A DNA stretch of 32,670 nt from Elusimicrobiota bacterium. GTDB lineage: Bacteria > Elusimicrobiota > Elusimicrobia > Elusimicrobiales > UBA9959. Of this stretch, positions 1-7,749 are shown piece by piece; position 1 is the first letter of the stretch; every line of letters begins with the position of its first letter. A program made the position numbers and the translations under genes. The stretch is taken from assembly GCA_022703115.1 (NCBI GenBank), contig JAKLEK010000003.1, positions 1 to 32,670 of the forward strand. Direction: 5' to 3'. Below the pieces are notes generated by a model. It made no database searches, had not been told where the DNA came from, and was given only the letters and a program-made list of their open reading frames with translations.

Positions 1-31
1 ACGAACACACGACAGGGTAGCGTAGTCCACC

Positions 32-78
32 CGGCCTCCGGACGGTCCCGCTTTTCCGGTTCCCCTGCCTCCCGCTCC
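32..78 (+). repeat. Copy A of a 47-nt dispersed repeat, 43/47 identical to the reverse complement of 20384..20430
   Basis: Base-by-base comparison of cggcctccggacggtcccgcttttccggttcccctgcctcccgctcc with the reverse complement of 20384..20430 gives 4 substitutions and no gaps. Confidence 0.85.
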
Positions 79-109
79 CGCGCCGGATAGACTCGGCCGC
101 GTTTTTTTT
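79..109 (+). terminator. Intrinsic-terminator-like GC hairpin followed by a T8 run, just upstream of the purH-like start
   Basis: The stem cgcgccgg / ctcggccgcg forms about 8 pairs with one bulged C and a 6-nt loop. It is followed directly by tttttttt at 102..109. Confidence 0.55.
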
Positions 110-134
110 GTCAAATATACTGCCGGCGGGCATT

Positions 135-1634
135 ATGGATAAGACGGCGTACTTGAGCGTATACGACAAGACCGGAATAGCGGACCTGGCGCGCGGCCTT
201 AGCGAACTCGGTTTCGAGATCTATTCCTCCGGCTCCACTTTCAAGGTCCTCCGGGACGCGGAAGTGGAGGCCGAGGAGATACGCTACTCTCCGCCGGTCC
301 CGGTTTCGGTCCTGAAGGCGATTTCCGGCCGCGGCGCCGTCCTGTCCGAGAACGGCGTCGAGGTCCCCGGATTCTACGTAGTGGCCGCCAACCTGTACCC
401 GATAGCCAATATAGTCAGCCAGGAGGACTTCGCCGTAGGCGAGCTTTCCGGCTACCTGGACCAGGCGAACGCCTCGGTCCTGCGCGCTTCCGCCAGGGAT
501 TTCGAGAACGTGATAACCCTCTGCCGGCCGGACGATTACGGTCCGGCGTTGGAGGCGCTGCGCTCCGCCGGAGGGCTGGAACCGGAGGAGAAGCGGCGTC
601 TGGCGGCGAAGGCCTGGCGCTACCTGGCCGCTTACGACGCCACCGTCGCCCAGTACCTTTCGGAGACCCCGGACCTGCTGGAGGAGGACCTGGTCCTGAG
701 CCTGAAAAAGGTCTCCGACCTGGCGTACGGGGAGAACCGGCATCAGAAAGCCGCTTTCTATTCGCTGAGCGGCGCGAGGCCGCGAGGTCTTAATTCCGCA
801 AGGATACTGGCGGGCGGACAGTTCAACCTTAACCATTATCTGGACCTGGACACGGCCTTCGAACTGGCCTCCGAATTCGAGGAACCTGTGTGCGTAATTT
901 CCAAGCACGCCAGGCCGGCCGGGGTCTGCATGGCGGCCCGTCCGGCCGACTGCCTGCGCGGCGCCTGCAGGTCGGACCCGGCCGGAACGGCGGGCGGCAC
1001 GGCCGCGTTCAACAGGCAGGTGGACGAAGAGGCCGCCGCGGCCGTCAAGGAAGTGTTCATCGAGAGCGTGGTCGCTCCCGATTACGGAAAAGAAGCCCTA
1101 GCGATGCTGCGCTCTAAAGAGGGGTTGAAAGTCATAGTCATGCCCGCTCCGGTGGTCTCCCCGCACGAGATCGGGGTCTATTCCGTGGCCGGAGGGATGC
1201 TGATAGAGTCAAAGGACCAGACCCTTATGGGCCAGGAACCGCAGTGCGTTACCAGGCGCAAGCCGTCCGAGGAGGAACTGCGTTCCCTTAAACTGGCCTG
1301 GAGGACCTCCAGGTACGCGAAGACCTACGCCGTGGTGCTCGCTTCCGGCGGTTCCGTGGCGGCCGTCAGCGCGGCGGAAAGCTCCACCTGCGACGCGGTG
1401 CTGGGGGCGGTGGGGAAATTCAGGAGCAAACACCCGATCCTGGACGGAAAGGCGCCTCTGGTGATGGCGTGCGACGCCGCACTGCCGTTGAAGGCGCTTG
1501 AGGCTGCGCTGATGTCCGGGGTCAGCGCGGTGATACAGCCCGGCGGCTGGCGGGAAGACCTTCTGTGCGCCCGGTTCTGCGACATGAAGAACGCCTCCAT
1601 GCTGCTGGCCGGGGTCAGGCACTTCAGACACTGA
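135..1634 (+). CDS. purH: PurH-like protein (AICAR transformylase / IMP cyclohydrolase family), divergent
   Basis: The N-terminus has an MGS-like motif (LSVYDKTG) and NLYP. The central region has YGENRHQ, SKHARPAG and GGTAAFN. The C-terminus has VIQPGGWRED...GVRHFRH. The ATG at 135 is preferred over the in-frame TTG at 108. Several canonical motifs are degraded (see findings). Confidence 0.75.
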   Translation: MDKTAYLSVYDKTGIADLARGLSELGFEIYSSGSTFKVLRDAEVEAEEIRYSPPVPVSVLKAISGRGAVLSENGVEVPGFYVVAANLYPIANIVSQEDFAVGELSGYLDQANASVLRASARDFENVITLCRPDDYGPALEALRSAGGLEPEEKRRLAAKAWRYLAAYDATVAQYLSETPDLLEEDLVLSLKKVSDLAYGENRHQKAAFYSLSGARPRGLNSARILAGGQFNLNHYLDLDTAFELASEFEEPVCVISKHARPAGVCMAARPADCLRGACRSDPAGTAGGTAAFNRQVDEEAAAAVKEVFIESVVAPDYGKEALAMLRSKEGLKVIVMPAPVVSPHEIGVYSVAGGMLIESKDQTLMGQEPQCVTRRKPSEEELRSLKLAWRTSRYAKTYAVVLASGGSVAAVSAAESSTCDAVLGAVGKFRSKHPILDGKAPLVMACDAALPLKALEAALMSGVSAVIQPGGWREDLLCARFCDMKNASMLLAGVRHFRH

Positions 1635-1645
1635 CCGGTCGGCCG

Positions 1646-2836
1646 CTAGATTATTCCCAGTTCTTTCCCGGCCTTCTTGAACTTCTCCGCGGCGAACTCT
1701 ATATCCTTCACCGTGTGCCCGGCGGTCACTATGGTGCGCAGGCGTTCCTTACCTTTCGGAACGGTGGGGAAACCTATGGCCAGGGCGAAGACGCCCTCCT
1801 CGAACAGCCGTCGCGAGAATTTCAGGGCCTTTTCCGTGTCTCCCACCATCACCGGCGTTATCGGGGTCACGGACGAGCCCGTGTCGAAGCCGGCTTTCTT
1901 CAGCTCCTCCTTGAAGAGGGCCGTGTTGTCCCACAGGCTCTTGAGCCGGGCCGGCTCTTTGAGGAGGATGTCCAGGACGGCCAGGCAGGTGGCGGCTACG
2001 GACGGCGGCTGGGAACTGGAGAAAAGGAAGGGCCTGGCGACGCTGCCGAGATAATCGCGCAGGCTGCGCGTGGTGGCGGCGTAGCCCCCTACGGCCGCGA
2101 AAGCCTTCGAGAGGGTCCCTATCTGTATCTCCACCTTCCCGTCGAGTCCGAAATGGTTAACCGTGCCCCGGCCCTGTTCGCCTATGACGCCGCTGGCGTG
2201 GGCGTCGTCCACCATGACGAAGGCGCCGTACCTGCCGGCAAGGGCGACTATCTCGTCCAGCGGGGCTATGTCGCCGTCCATGGAGAACACGCCGTCCGTG
2301 ACGACCATCTTGCGCCTGGCCTTGCGGGCCTCGGGCGAGCCGAGGATCTCCTCCAGGTGCTTCATGTCCTTGTGCCTGTAGATCTTCCTGGGGCCCTTGG
2401 CCAGACGCGCCCCGTCAATGATGGAGGCGTGGTTCAGTTCGTCGGAAATGAGCAGGTCCTCCGGCGCGGAGATCAGGGACTGGCATACGGCCACGTTGGA
2501 GGTGAAGCCGGACTGGAACAGGATCGCGGCGTCGGCGCGTTTGAAGGCGGCGAATTTTTCCTCCAGCTCCTCGTGTATGGACATCGTGCCGATTATGGTG
2601 CGGACCGCGGCGGAACCGGTGCCGTACTTTTCGATCGCGGCCACGGCCGCTTTTTTCACTTCGGGGTGGTTGGCCAGGGCCAGGTAGTTGTTGGAGGTCA
2701 GGTTGACGACGCGTTTGCCGTCGATGTCGGCGACCGGTTCCTGGGCCGAGCGGAGGACCCGCGGCCTGAGCAGGCGGTTCTCCTTTATAAGAGCGGCGAC
2801 TTCTTCGTCGGCGAATTTAAGCGTGTCGAACTGCAT
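1646..2836 (-). CDS. kbl: Glycine C-acetyltransferase (2-amino-3-ketobutyrate CoA ligase), PLP-dependent
   Basis: The protein reads as collinear with Kbl/BioF-class enzymes: NNYLALANHP, ISDELNHASIIDG, DGVFSMDGDIAPL, MVDDAHASG, GTLSKA and C-terminal PKGKERLRTIVTAGHT. The ATG at 2836 is preceded by AGGAGG. The upstream extension to 2929 is rejected. Confidence 0.85.
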   Translation of the reverse strand: MQFDTLKFADEEVAALIKENRLLRPRVLRSAQEPVADIDGKRVVNLTSNNYLALANHPEVKKAAVAAIEKYGTGSAAVRTIIGTMSIHEELEEKFAAFKRADAAILFQSGFTSNVAVCQSLISAPEDLLISDELNHASIIDGARLAKGPRKIYRHKDMKHLEEILGSPEARKARRKMVVTDGVFSMDGDIAPLDEIVALAGRYGAFVMVDDAHASGVIGEQGRGTVNHFGLDGKVEIQIGTLSKAFAAVGGYAATTRSLRDYLGSVARPFLFSSSQPPSVAATCLAVLDILLKEPARLKSLWDNTALFKEELKKAGFDTGSSVTPITPVMVGDTEKALKFSRRLFEEGVFALAIGFPTVPKGKERLRTIVTAGHTVKDIEFAAEKFKKAGKELGII

Positions 2837-2970
2837 AATGCTGCCTCCTTCGTCCTCTGCCTTGTTCAGATAAATAATTATATAAAAAGGTCCGCCGGCC
2901 GGGAAAAAAAGGTTTTTAATCAGGGCCAAATTTTGTAGATTATCATTGCCGCGCTTTAGGCTTCTATCCT

Positions 2971-3366
2971 ATGACGGAAATCACCGGCCGCATCCGAACT
3001 AACGACAGGGCCTATCTTCTGGTCAGGAACCCGTCTTCCGTTTTCGTCTGCTGGACATGGAGCCCGGCTTCCGCGGAAGCTTTCAGGTCCGGAACGTATT
3101 CCGGAGAGGTCCTGGTAAGGCTGACGGCTTCGGACGACAGGAACATCTCGGCGGAAGCCTCCGTCCCGTGGGATTCGCAAAGGCTTTTCATGAAGCCGCC
3201 GGCGGAGGGCAGGTCCTGCACGGCGTTCGTGTACGCGTCGAGGAAGGACGGTTCCCGGGAGAAACTGCTGGAAAGCCCTTCGGTCCTGACCCCGGTCGCG
3301 TCGGCGCTTCCCGGCCTCTCGTCCGGCTACGCCAGCTCCGAATTCCTGCAGGACGCGAAGCTATGA
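2971..3366 (+). CDS. DUF4912-like small protein, translationally coupled to the GH57 gene
   Basis: This 131-aa ORF sits immediately 5' of the GH57 gene with an ATGA stop/start overlap at 3363..3366. The N-terminal pattern (LLVRNPSSVFVCWTW) resembles the DUF4912 family usually found next to GH57 branching enzymes. Confidence 0.5.
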   Translation: MTEITGRIRTNDRAYLLVRNPSSVFVCWTWSPASAEAFRSGTYSGEVLVRLTASDDRNISAEASVPWDSQRLFMKPPAEGRSCTAFVYASRKDGSREKLLESPSVLTPVASALPGLSSGYASSEFLQDAKL

Positions 3367-4967
3367 GGCCCAAAGCGTCCGTCATTTTCCTCCTTCACGC
3401 CCATCTGCCGTACGTCAGCCATCCCGAACACCCTGATTTCCTGGAAGAGAACTGGTTCTTCGAGGGGGTGGTGGAGACCTACGTCCCGCTTATTTCCATG
3501 CTGGACCGCCTGGTGGCGGACGGCATCCGGCCGGGCCTAACCATCTCCATCTCTCCCACTCTGGGCGCGATGCTGGAGAACGACCAGCTCGAGCGCAAGC
3601 TGCGCGTCTACGTGGGCTCCAGGCTGGAGCTGGCCGAGAAGGAGCTCGCGCGCGCCGCCGACGATCCCGCCCTTCTTAAAATAGCTCAGCTTTACGCCGG
3701 TCTGTACGGACAGGCCGAAGCCATGATACACAAGTACAGCGGCGATCTGATAACGCCCCTGAAGCGTCTGCAGCATTCCGGGCACATCGAGATAATCACG
3801 ACCTCCGCCACCCACGCGGTCCTGCCGACGCTGTCCCATCCGGAGGCGCTTCGCGCCCAGATAGCTGCCGCGGCCGAGGACTATCTGGACAGGTTCAACA
3901 CGAAGGCCTCCGGCTTCTGGCTGCCGGAATGCGCTTACGACCCCCGCGTGCTGTCGTACCTGAAGCTCGCCGGTTTCAAATACATCTTTACCGAGTCCCA
4001 CTCGCTTGGCGCTTCGGAGGCGGCCGCGAAGAACGGAGTCTACGCCTCTTACCGCGCTCCGAACGGGATAAACGTTTTCGCCAGGGACGCGGATTCATCC
4101 AAAGAGGTCTGGAGCGCCAAATTCGGTTATCCGGGCCATCCGGCCTATCGCGAATTCTACAGGGACCTCGGTTACGACGCGGATTACGACTACATAAGGC
4201 CTTATCTCGGCCAGGACGGGGCGCGGAGGCCCCTTGGTTTCAAGTACCACCGGATAACCGGCGGCGGGGACCTGTCGGCCAAGAAGTACTACGACCCGGA
4301 CGAGGCCAGGGCCGTGGCGGAGAGCCACGCCGCCGATTTCCTTGAGAGGCGCATGCGCCAGGCGGACGAGATCCATTCCTCCAGGGGGATCAGACCCGTT
4401 ATAACGGGCTGTTACGACGCGGAGCTGTTCGGGCACTGGTGGTTCGAGGGCCCGGCTTTCCTGGAGAGCATGATAAGGAAGATAAGGCAGGAGCGGCTGC
4501 CGATACAGCTGGTGACGCCCGGAGAGTACCTGAACTCGTGTCCGGAACCGGCGACGCTCAATCCGGGAATATCCTCATGGGGGGAGAACGGCTATTTCGA
4601 CCCCTGGATCAACGATTCCAACGACCGCATCTACCCCGCGGTCCTTTCGGTGACGGACATGATGATAGAGACCGCCAACCATTTCGCCAACCAGGACCTG
4701 ACGGGCCTGACGCTCAGGGCGCTGAACCAGGCCGCGCGGGAGGTCCTGCTGGCCCAGAGTTCGGACTGGCCTTTCCTCATGTACATCGGTTCGCACTCCC
4801 GCTACGCGTCCGAGAGGGTGGATGAACATTCCTCGAACGCGGCCCGGCTGCTGACCGAGGTCCTTGAAAAGCGCGTGGACGAAAAAGCCCTCTCCGAACT
4901 CGAGAAGAAGAACAGCCTGTTCCAGCGCATGGATTTCCGCCTGTTCGCTTCCGTTTCCAGGTTCTAG
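3363..4967 (+). CDS. GH57-family 1,4-alpha-glucan branching enzyme (DUF1957-type)
   Basis: The N-terminus has LLHAHLPYVSHPE. The WLPECAY (nucleophile Glu) and DAELFGHWWFEG (acid/base Asp) motifs are present. The start is at MRPKAS; the 3057 extension overlaps the preceding ORF and is rejected. Confidence 0.85.
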   Translation: MRPKASVIFLLHAHLPYVSHPEHPDFLEENWFFEGVVETYVPLISMLDRLVADGIRPGLTISISPTLGAMLENDQLERKLRVYVGSRLELAEKELARAADDPALLKIAQLYAGLYGQAEAMIHKYSGDLITPLKRLQHSGHIEIITTSATHAVLPTLSHPEALRAQIAAAAEDYLDRFNTKASGFWLPECAYDPRVLSYLKLAGFKYIFTESHSLGASEAAAKNGVYASYRAPNGINVFARDADSSKEVWSAKFGYPGHPAYREFYRDLGYDADYDYIRPYLGQDGARRPLGFKYHRITGGGDLSAKKYYDPDEARAVAESHAADFLERRMRQADEIHSSRGIRPVITGCYDAELFGHWWFEGPAFLESMIRKIRQERLPIQLVTPGEYLNSCPEPATLNPGISSWGENGYFDPWINDSNDRIYPAVLSVTDMMIETANHFANQDLTGLTLRALNQAAREVLLAQSSDWPFLMYIGSHSRYASERVDEHSSNAARLLTEVLEKRVDEKALSELEKKNSLFQRMDFRLFASVSRF

Positions 4968-4989
4968 AAAGCCTCCCGGGGGCCGGGGC

Positions 4990-5928
4990 TCAGCGTCCGC
5001 CGGCGCGCCGGTCTTCCTTCTTTATCCTCTCCCACTCGGAACGGAAATCGTCCGGCAGGCCGGTTTCCAGGGTCCTGGCCGCGCCCGTGGACGGATGCGT
5101 GAAGACGATCCTGAGGGAATGAAGCAGGAGGCGGGCCGCCTTTTCCCCTCCGTATAAGCGGTCCCCTACTATCGGATGACCGGCGAATTCCAGATGTATC
5201 CTTATCTGGTTGGTGCGGCCGGTGCGCGGGTATACTTCCAGCAGGGCGTGTTTGGCGGTGGTCTCGCGCACCTTGAAATCCGTCTGTGCCTCTCTGCCGT
5301 ATTCCCACACCTTTATCTTCTTGAAACCGGAGGCCCTGCCTATCGGGGCGTCTATGGAGCCGGTCTTCTTCTCCGGCACGCCGCCGACCGCTCCCACGTA
5401 GGTCTTTTCCACCAGGCGTTCCCTGAACTGGTCCTGCAGGGCGGTCTGGGCTTCCGGGGTCTTGGCTATCAGCATTATCCCGCTGGTGTCCCTGTCGAGC
5501 CGGTGTACCAGGCCCAAACGGGGCAGGGCGCCGTCCCCCAGCTCGGGGCGGGCTTTCAGGAGCAGCGAAACCAGCGTGGGTTCGGAGAGCAGGCAGGTCT
5601 CCGGCCGCCGTTCCCAGTTCGAATCGTTCGGATGCACCGGCAGGCCGGAGGGCTTGTTCACGGCCAGCAGGGCCTTGTCCTCGTGCAGCAGGATCGCGTC
5701 CAGCCCGGCCGGTTCCTTCTTCTGTCCTTCCCGCTCCGGCAGGAAGATCTCCACGGAGTCTCCCGGACCGAGCAGGAAGGAGGGTTTTCTCGGCTTCCCG
5801 TTGACCCGCGCCAGGCCTTCGGTTATCAGGCGTTTTACGAATTCGCGGGAAAGCCCCGTCTCCGAGCGGGTTATGAAGACGTCCAGCCGTTCCGGCGAAC
5901 CTTCGAAGATCATTGAGTTGGATTTCAT
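4990..5928 (-). CDS. rluD: RluA/RluD-family 23S rRNA pseudouridine synthase with an N-terminal S4 domain
   Basis: The protein has an S4-like N-terminus (RLDVFI...), the catalytic motif HRLDRDTSGIMLIAKT, and TGRTNQIRIH. Its ATG overlaps the lgt stop (ATGA at 5925..5928). An alternative ATG lies at 5913. Confidence 0.85.
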   Translation of the reverse strand: MKSNSMIFEGSPERLDVFITRSETGLSREFVKRLITEGLARVNGKPRKPSFLLGPGDSVEIFLPEREGQKKEPAGLDAILLHEDKALLAVNKPSGLPVHPNDSNWERRPETCLLSEPTLVSLLLKARPELGDGALPRLGLVHRLDRDTSGIMLIAKTPEAQTALQDQFRERLVEKTYVGAVGGVPEKKTGSIDAPIGRASGFKKIKVWEYGREAQTDFKVRETTAKHALLEVYPRTGRTNQIRIHLEFAGHPIVGDRLYGGEKAARLLLHSLRIVFTHPSTGAARTLETGLPDDFRSEWERIKKEDRRAGGR

Positions 5929-6707
5929 CGTTCCCTCTTTCTAGCCATCATGAAGAACGCCGCCCCCGCAGCCAGCAGCGAAACCGTCTGCGCGGGGGAC
6001 AGCCCGAGCCACGCGCCGCCTCTGTCGTCGCCGCGCAGGAACTCGGTCAGGAACCTGAGGGCCGCGTAAGCCAGAATATAGGCGTACAGCGCGGTTCCCC
6101 GGGCCGGCCTTTCGCTCCGGCGCGACATAAGCGCGAGAGCGCCGAAGATGAGGAAGTTCCCTGCGGCTTCGTAGAGCTGCACCGGGTGCAGCGGCAGGCC
6201 GGGATAGGCCGAGGCCGCCTCGCACATCGGATCGGTGAAAGAGACCGAAAGGGGTCCGGCGCCGGTTGGCCGGCCGTAGCAGCAGCCGGCCAGGAAGCAC
6301 CCTATCCGTCCGAAGCCGTGGGCGAGCGGCAGGGCCGGAACGAAACGGTCCGCGGTCCGGAGCGGGTCCAGGCCTTTCCGGCGGCAGTAGAAGAAAAAGG
6401 CCGCGGCTCCGGCCGCCAGTCCGCCGTAGAAAACGAACCCGTACTGGAAGTTGCGCAGCACGTAGGATAGCCTGGCGGCCGTGTCCGGGCCGAAGGTCGT
6501 CCAATAGGTGGCGGCGAAGACCGCCTTCGCGCCGAGTATGCCGGCGGCCGCCGGGTAGAAGATCAGGTCCGCCTCCTGATCGCGCGTAAGGGAGAAGGCG
6601 CCGCGGGTGAACCGAAGATAGAGGATCGCGGCCGTATAGCCGGCCGCGACCATCAGGCCGTAGGCCGGCAGCTTGAACCCGCCGATCTGGAACAGGAAGG
6701 GATGCAT
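5925..6707 (-). CDS. lgt: Prolipoprotein diacylglyceryl transferase
   Basis: This is a polytopic membrane protein. It begins MHPFLFQIGGFKLPAYGLM and contains HGFGRIGCFLAGCCYGRPT and YPTQLYE-like HPVQLYEA motifs. Confidence 0.9.
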   Translation of the reverse strand: MHPFLFQIGGFKLPAYGLMVAAGYTAAILYLRFTRGAFSLTRDQEADLIFYPAAAGILGAKAVFAATYWTTFGPDTAARLSYVLRNFQYGFVFYGGLAAGAAAFFFYCRRKGLDPLRTADRFVPALPLAHGFGRIGCFLAGCCYGRPTGAGPLSVSFTDPMCEAASAYPGLPLHPVQLYEAAGNFLIFGALALMSRRSERPARGTALYAYILAYAALRFLTEFLRGDDRGGAWLGLSPAQTVSLLAAGAAFFMMARKRER

Positions 6708-6730
6708 AATAAGGAGGCGCGCCGGCGGGC

Positions 6731-7357
6731 TCAGACCGCGGCTTTTACGAACTCCGCCTCTCCCCTGGCGGCCAGCTTCATGAAGATGTTGCGTTCCTTC
6801 TGGGCGCCGATCGTGGAACGGCTGCCGTTGTACGAATGTCCGGGGTAGACGGCGGTATCGGGGGGCAGTTCGGCCAGCTTAAGAAGGCTGCGGCGCAGCT
6901 CGCGCGGGTCCGACCCCGGCAGGTCGGCCCGTCCGCACTGCCCGACGAACAGAGTGTCTCCGGTGAAGACCGCGCCGCCGGCGAGATAGGAGACGGAGCC
7001 CGGGGTGTGGCCGGGCGTGTGGAGCGTTCTTATCCTGATCCGTCCGGCGGAAAGTTCCTCCCCGTCCCCTACGAACCGCACCGGTTCCATGCCCGCGTCC
7101 AGCAGAAAAGCGTCGGCGGAGTGAAGGGTCAGCGCCAGTCCTCCGTATTTCTTCATGAAGTAGGACGCGGCGTTGGCGTGGTCCGGATGGCCGTGGGTCA
7201 GCAGGAGAAGCTCCGGGCGCAGGCCCTTTACTGACAGAAAGCCGTCCACCGCTTCCGGCTGCCAGGCCGGATCGATCACGACCGCCCCGCCGCCCTCCTC
7301 CCAGAGAACGTAGCAGAGGTTCGCCATCGGACCCACCTTGATCTGTTCTATCTCCAT
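6731..7357 (-). CDS. MBL-fold metallo-hydrolase (glyoxalase II-like)
   Basis: The protein has the THGHPDHANA (HxHxDH) motif, HTPGHTPGS, and GDTLFVGQCGR. Confidence 0.8.
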   Translation of the reverse strand: MEIEQIKVGPMANLCYVLWEEGGGAVVIDPAWQPEAVDGFLSVKGLRPELLLLTHGHPDHANAASYFMKKYGGLALTLHSADAFLLDAGMEPVRFVGDGEELSAGRIRIRTLHTPGHTPGSVSYLAGGAVFTGDTLFVGQCGRADLPGSDPRELRRSLLKLAELPPDTAVYPGHSYNGSRSTIGAQKERNIFMKLAARGEAEFVKAAV

Positions 7358-7376
7358 AGCGTCCCGGGGGCCCGCC

Positions 7377-7664
7377 TCAGCGGTCTTTCGCCGGCGGCTT
7401 GAAACGGTATTCGATCTCGTCCGGCCGCAGAAGCCCCAGTTTGCTTCGCCCGGCCTGCTCCACCATGCCGGGGGCTTTTATCGCGCGCAGGTCCTTTTCC
7501 AGCCCGGCCTTCTCCAGTTCAAGGGAGGCTTTCTGCTTCTGAAGCTTTCTGTACTCCAGGGCGTTGCGGACCAGGCTCCTGAACCCCCTGTTGCCTAGCA
7601 GGAAGGCCGCCAGCAGCGCGAAGATCACGTATTTCAGCTTTATCCTGCGCGGGTTGAGCTTCAT
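7377..7664 (-). CDS. ftsB: Septum formation initiator FtsB/DivIC family
   Basis: This is a small bitopic protein with a TM segment (YVIFALLAAFLL) followed by a coiled coil. It is in the classic position directly downstream of eno. The ATG at 7664 is preferred; a GTG at 7694 is possible. Confidence 0.7.
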   Translation of the reverse strand: MKLNPRRIKLKYVIFALLAAFLLGNRGFRSLVRNALEYRKLQKQKASLELEKAGLEKDLRAIKAPGMVEQAGRSKLGLLRPDEIEYRFKPPAKDR

Positions 7665-7749
7665 TGTCTGAAAGCGGCGGAGGCGCGGGACCACAAAGTG
7701 TACCGGCCTCCCTTTGTGTTACCGCGCCTCCGACAGCCGCCTTGCCTCT

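Noticed and set aside
1-134. A ZTP (pfl) or purine riboswitch upstream of the purH-like gene.
   Set aside because: I could not find the conserved pfl elements (the GGGUCGUGACUGGCG-type 5' domain and the CCGCCUGGGC 3' pseudoknot strand) or the purine-riboswitch core. The region is also truncated by the window edge, so only a generic terminator or attenuator note is kept.
1565-2938. A long ORF (457 aa) antisense to kbl. Similar long antisense or off-frame ORFs occur at 111..908, 5176..5916, 7714..9096, 14862..16052, 16859..18793, 20724..21998, 22360..23025, 24399..25955, 28509..29690 and 29958..31856.
   Set aside because: Each fully overlaps a gene with clear family motifs on the other strand or frame. 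Their translations are Arg/Gly/Pro/Leu-rich low-complexity sequences, typical of stop-poor alternative frames in GC-rich DNA. No recognisable domains are present.
3057-3362. N-terminal extensions proposed by the ORF track: GH57 from 3057, kbl to 2929, tmk to 24229, pilin to 27276, purH from TTG 108, and the phosphohexomutase from TTG 10582.
   Set aside because: Family-typical N-termini begin at internal ATGs (MRPKAS.., MQFDT.., MKGFFIVLEG.., MSNIRKGFTL..). Several of these have good SD sequences. The extensions overlap neighbouring genes or promoters and are low-complexity.
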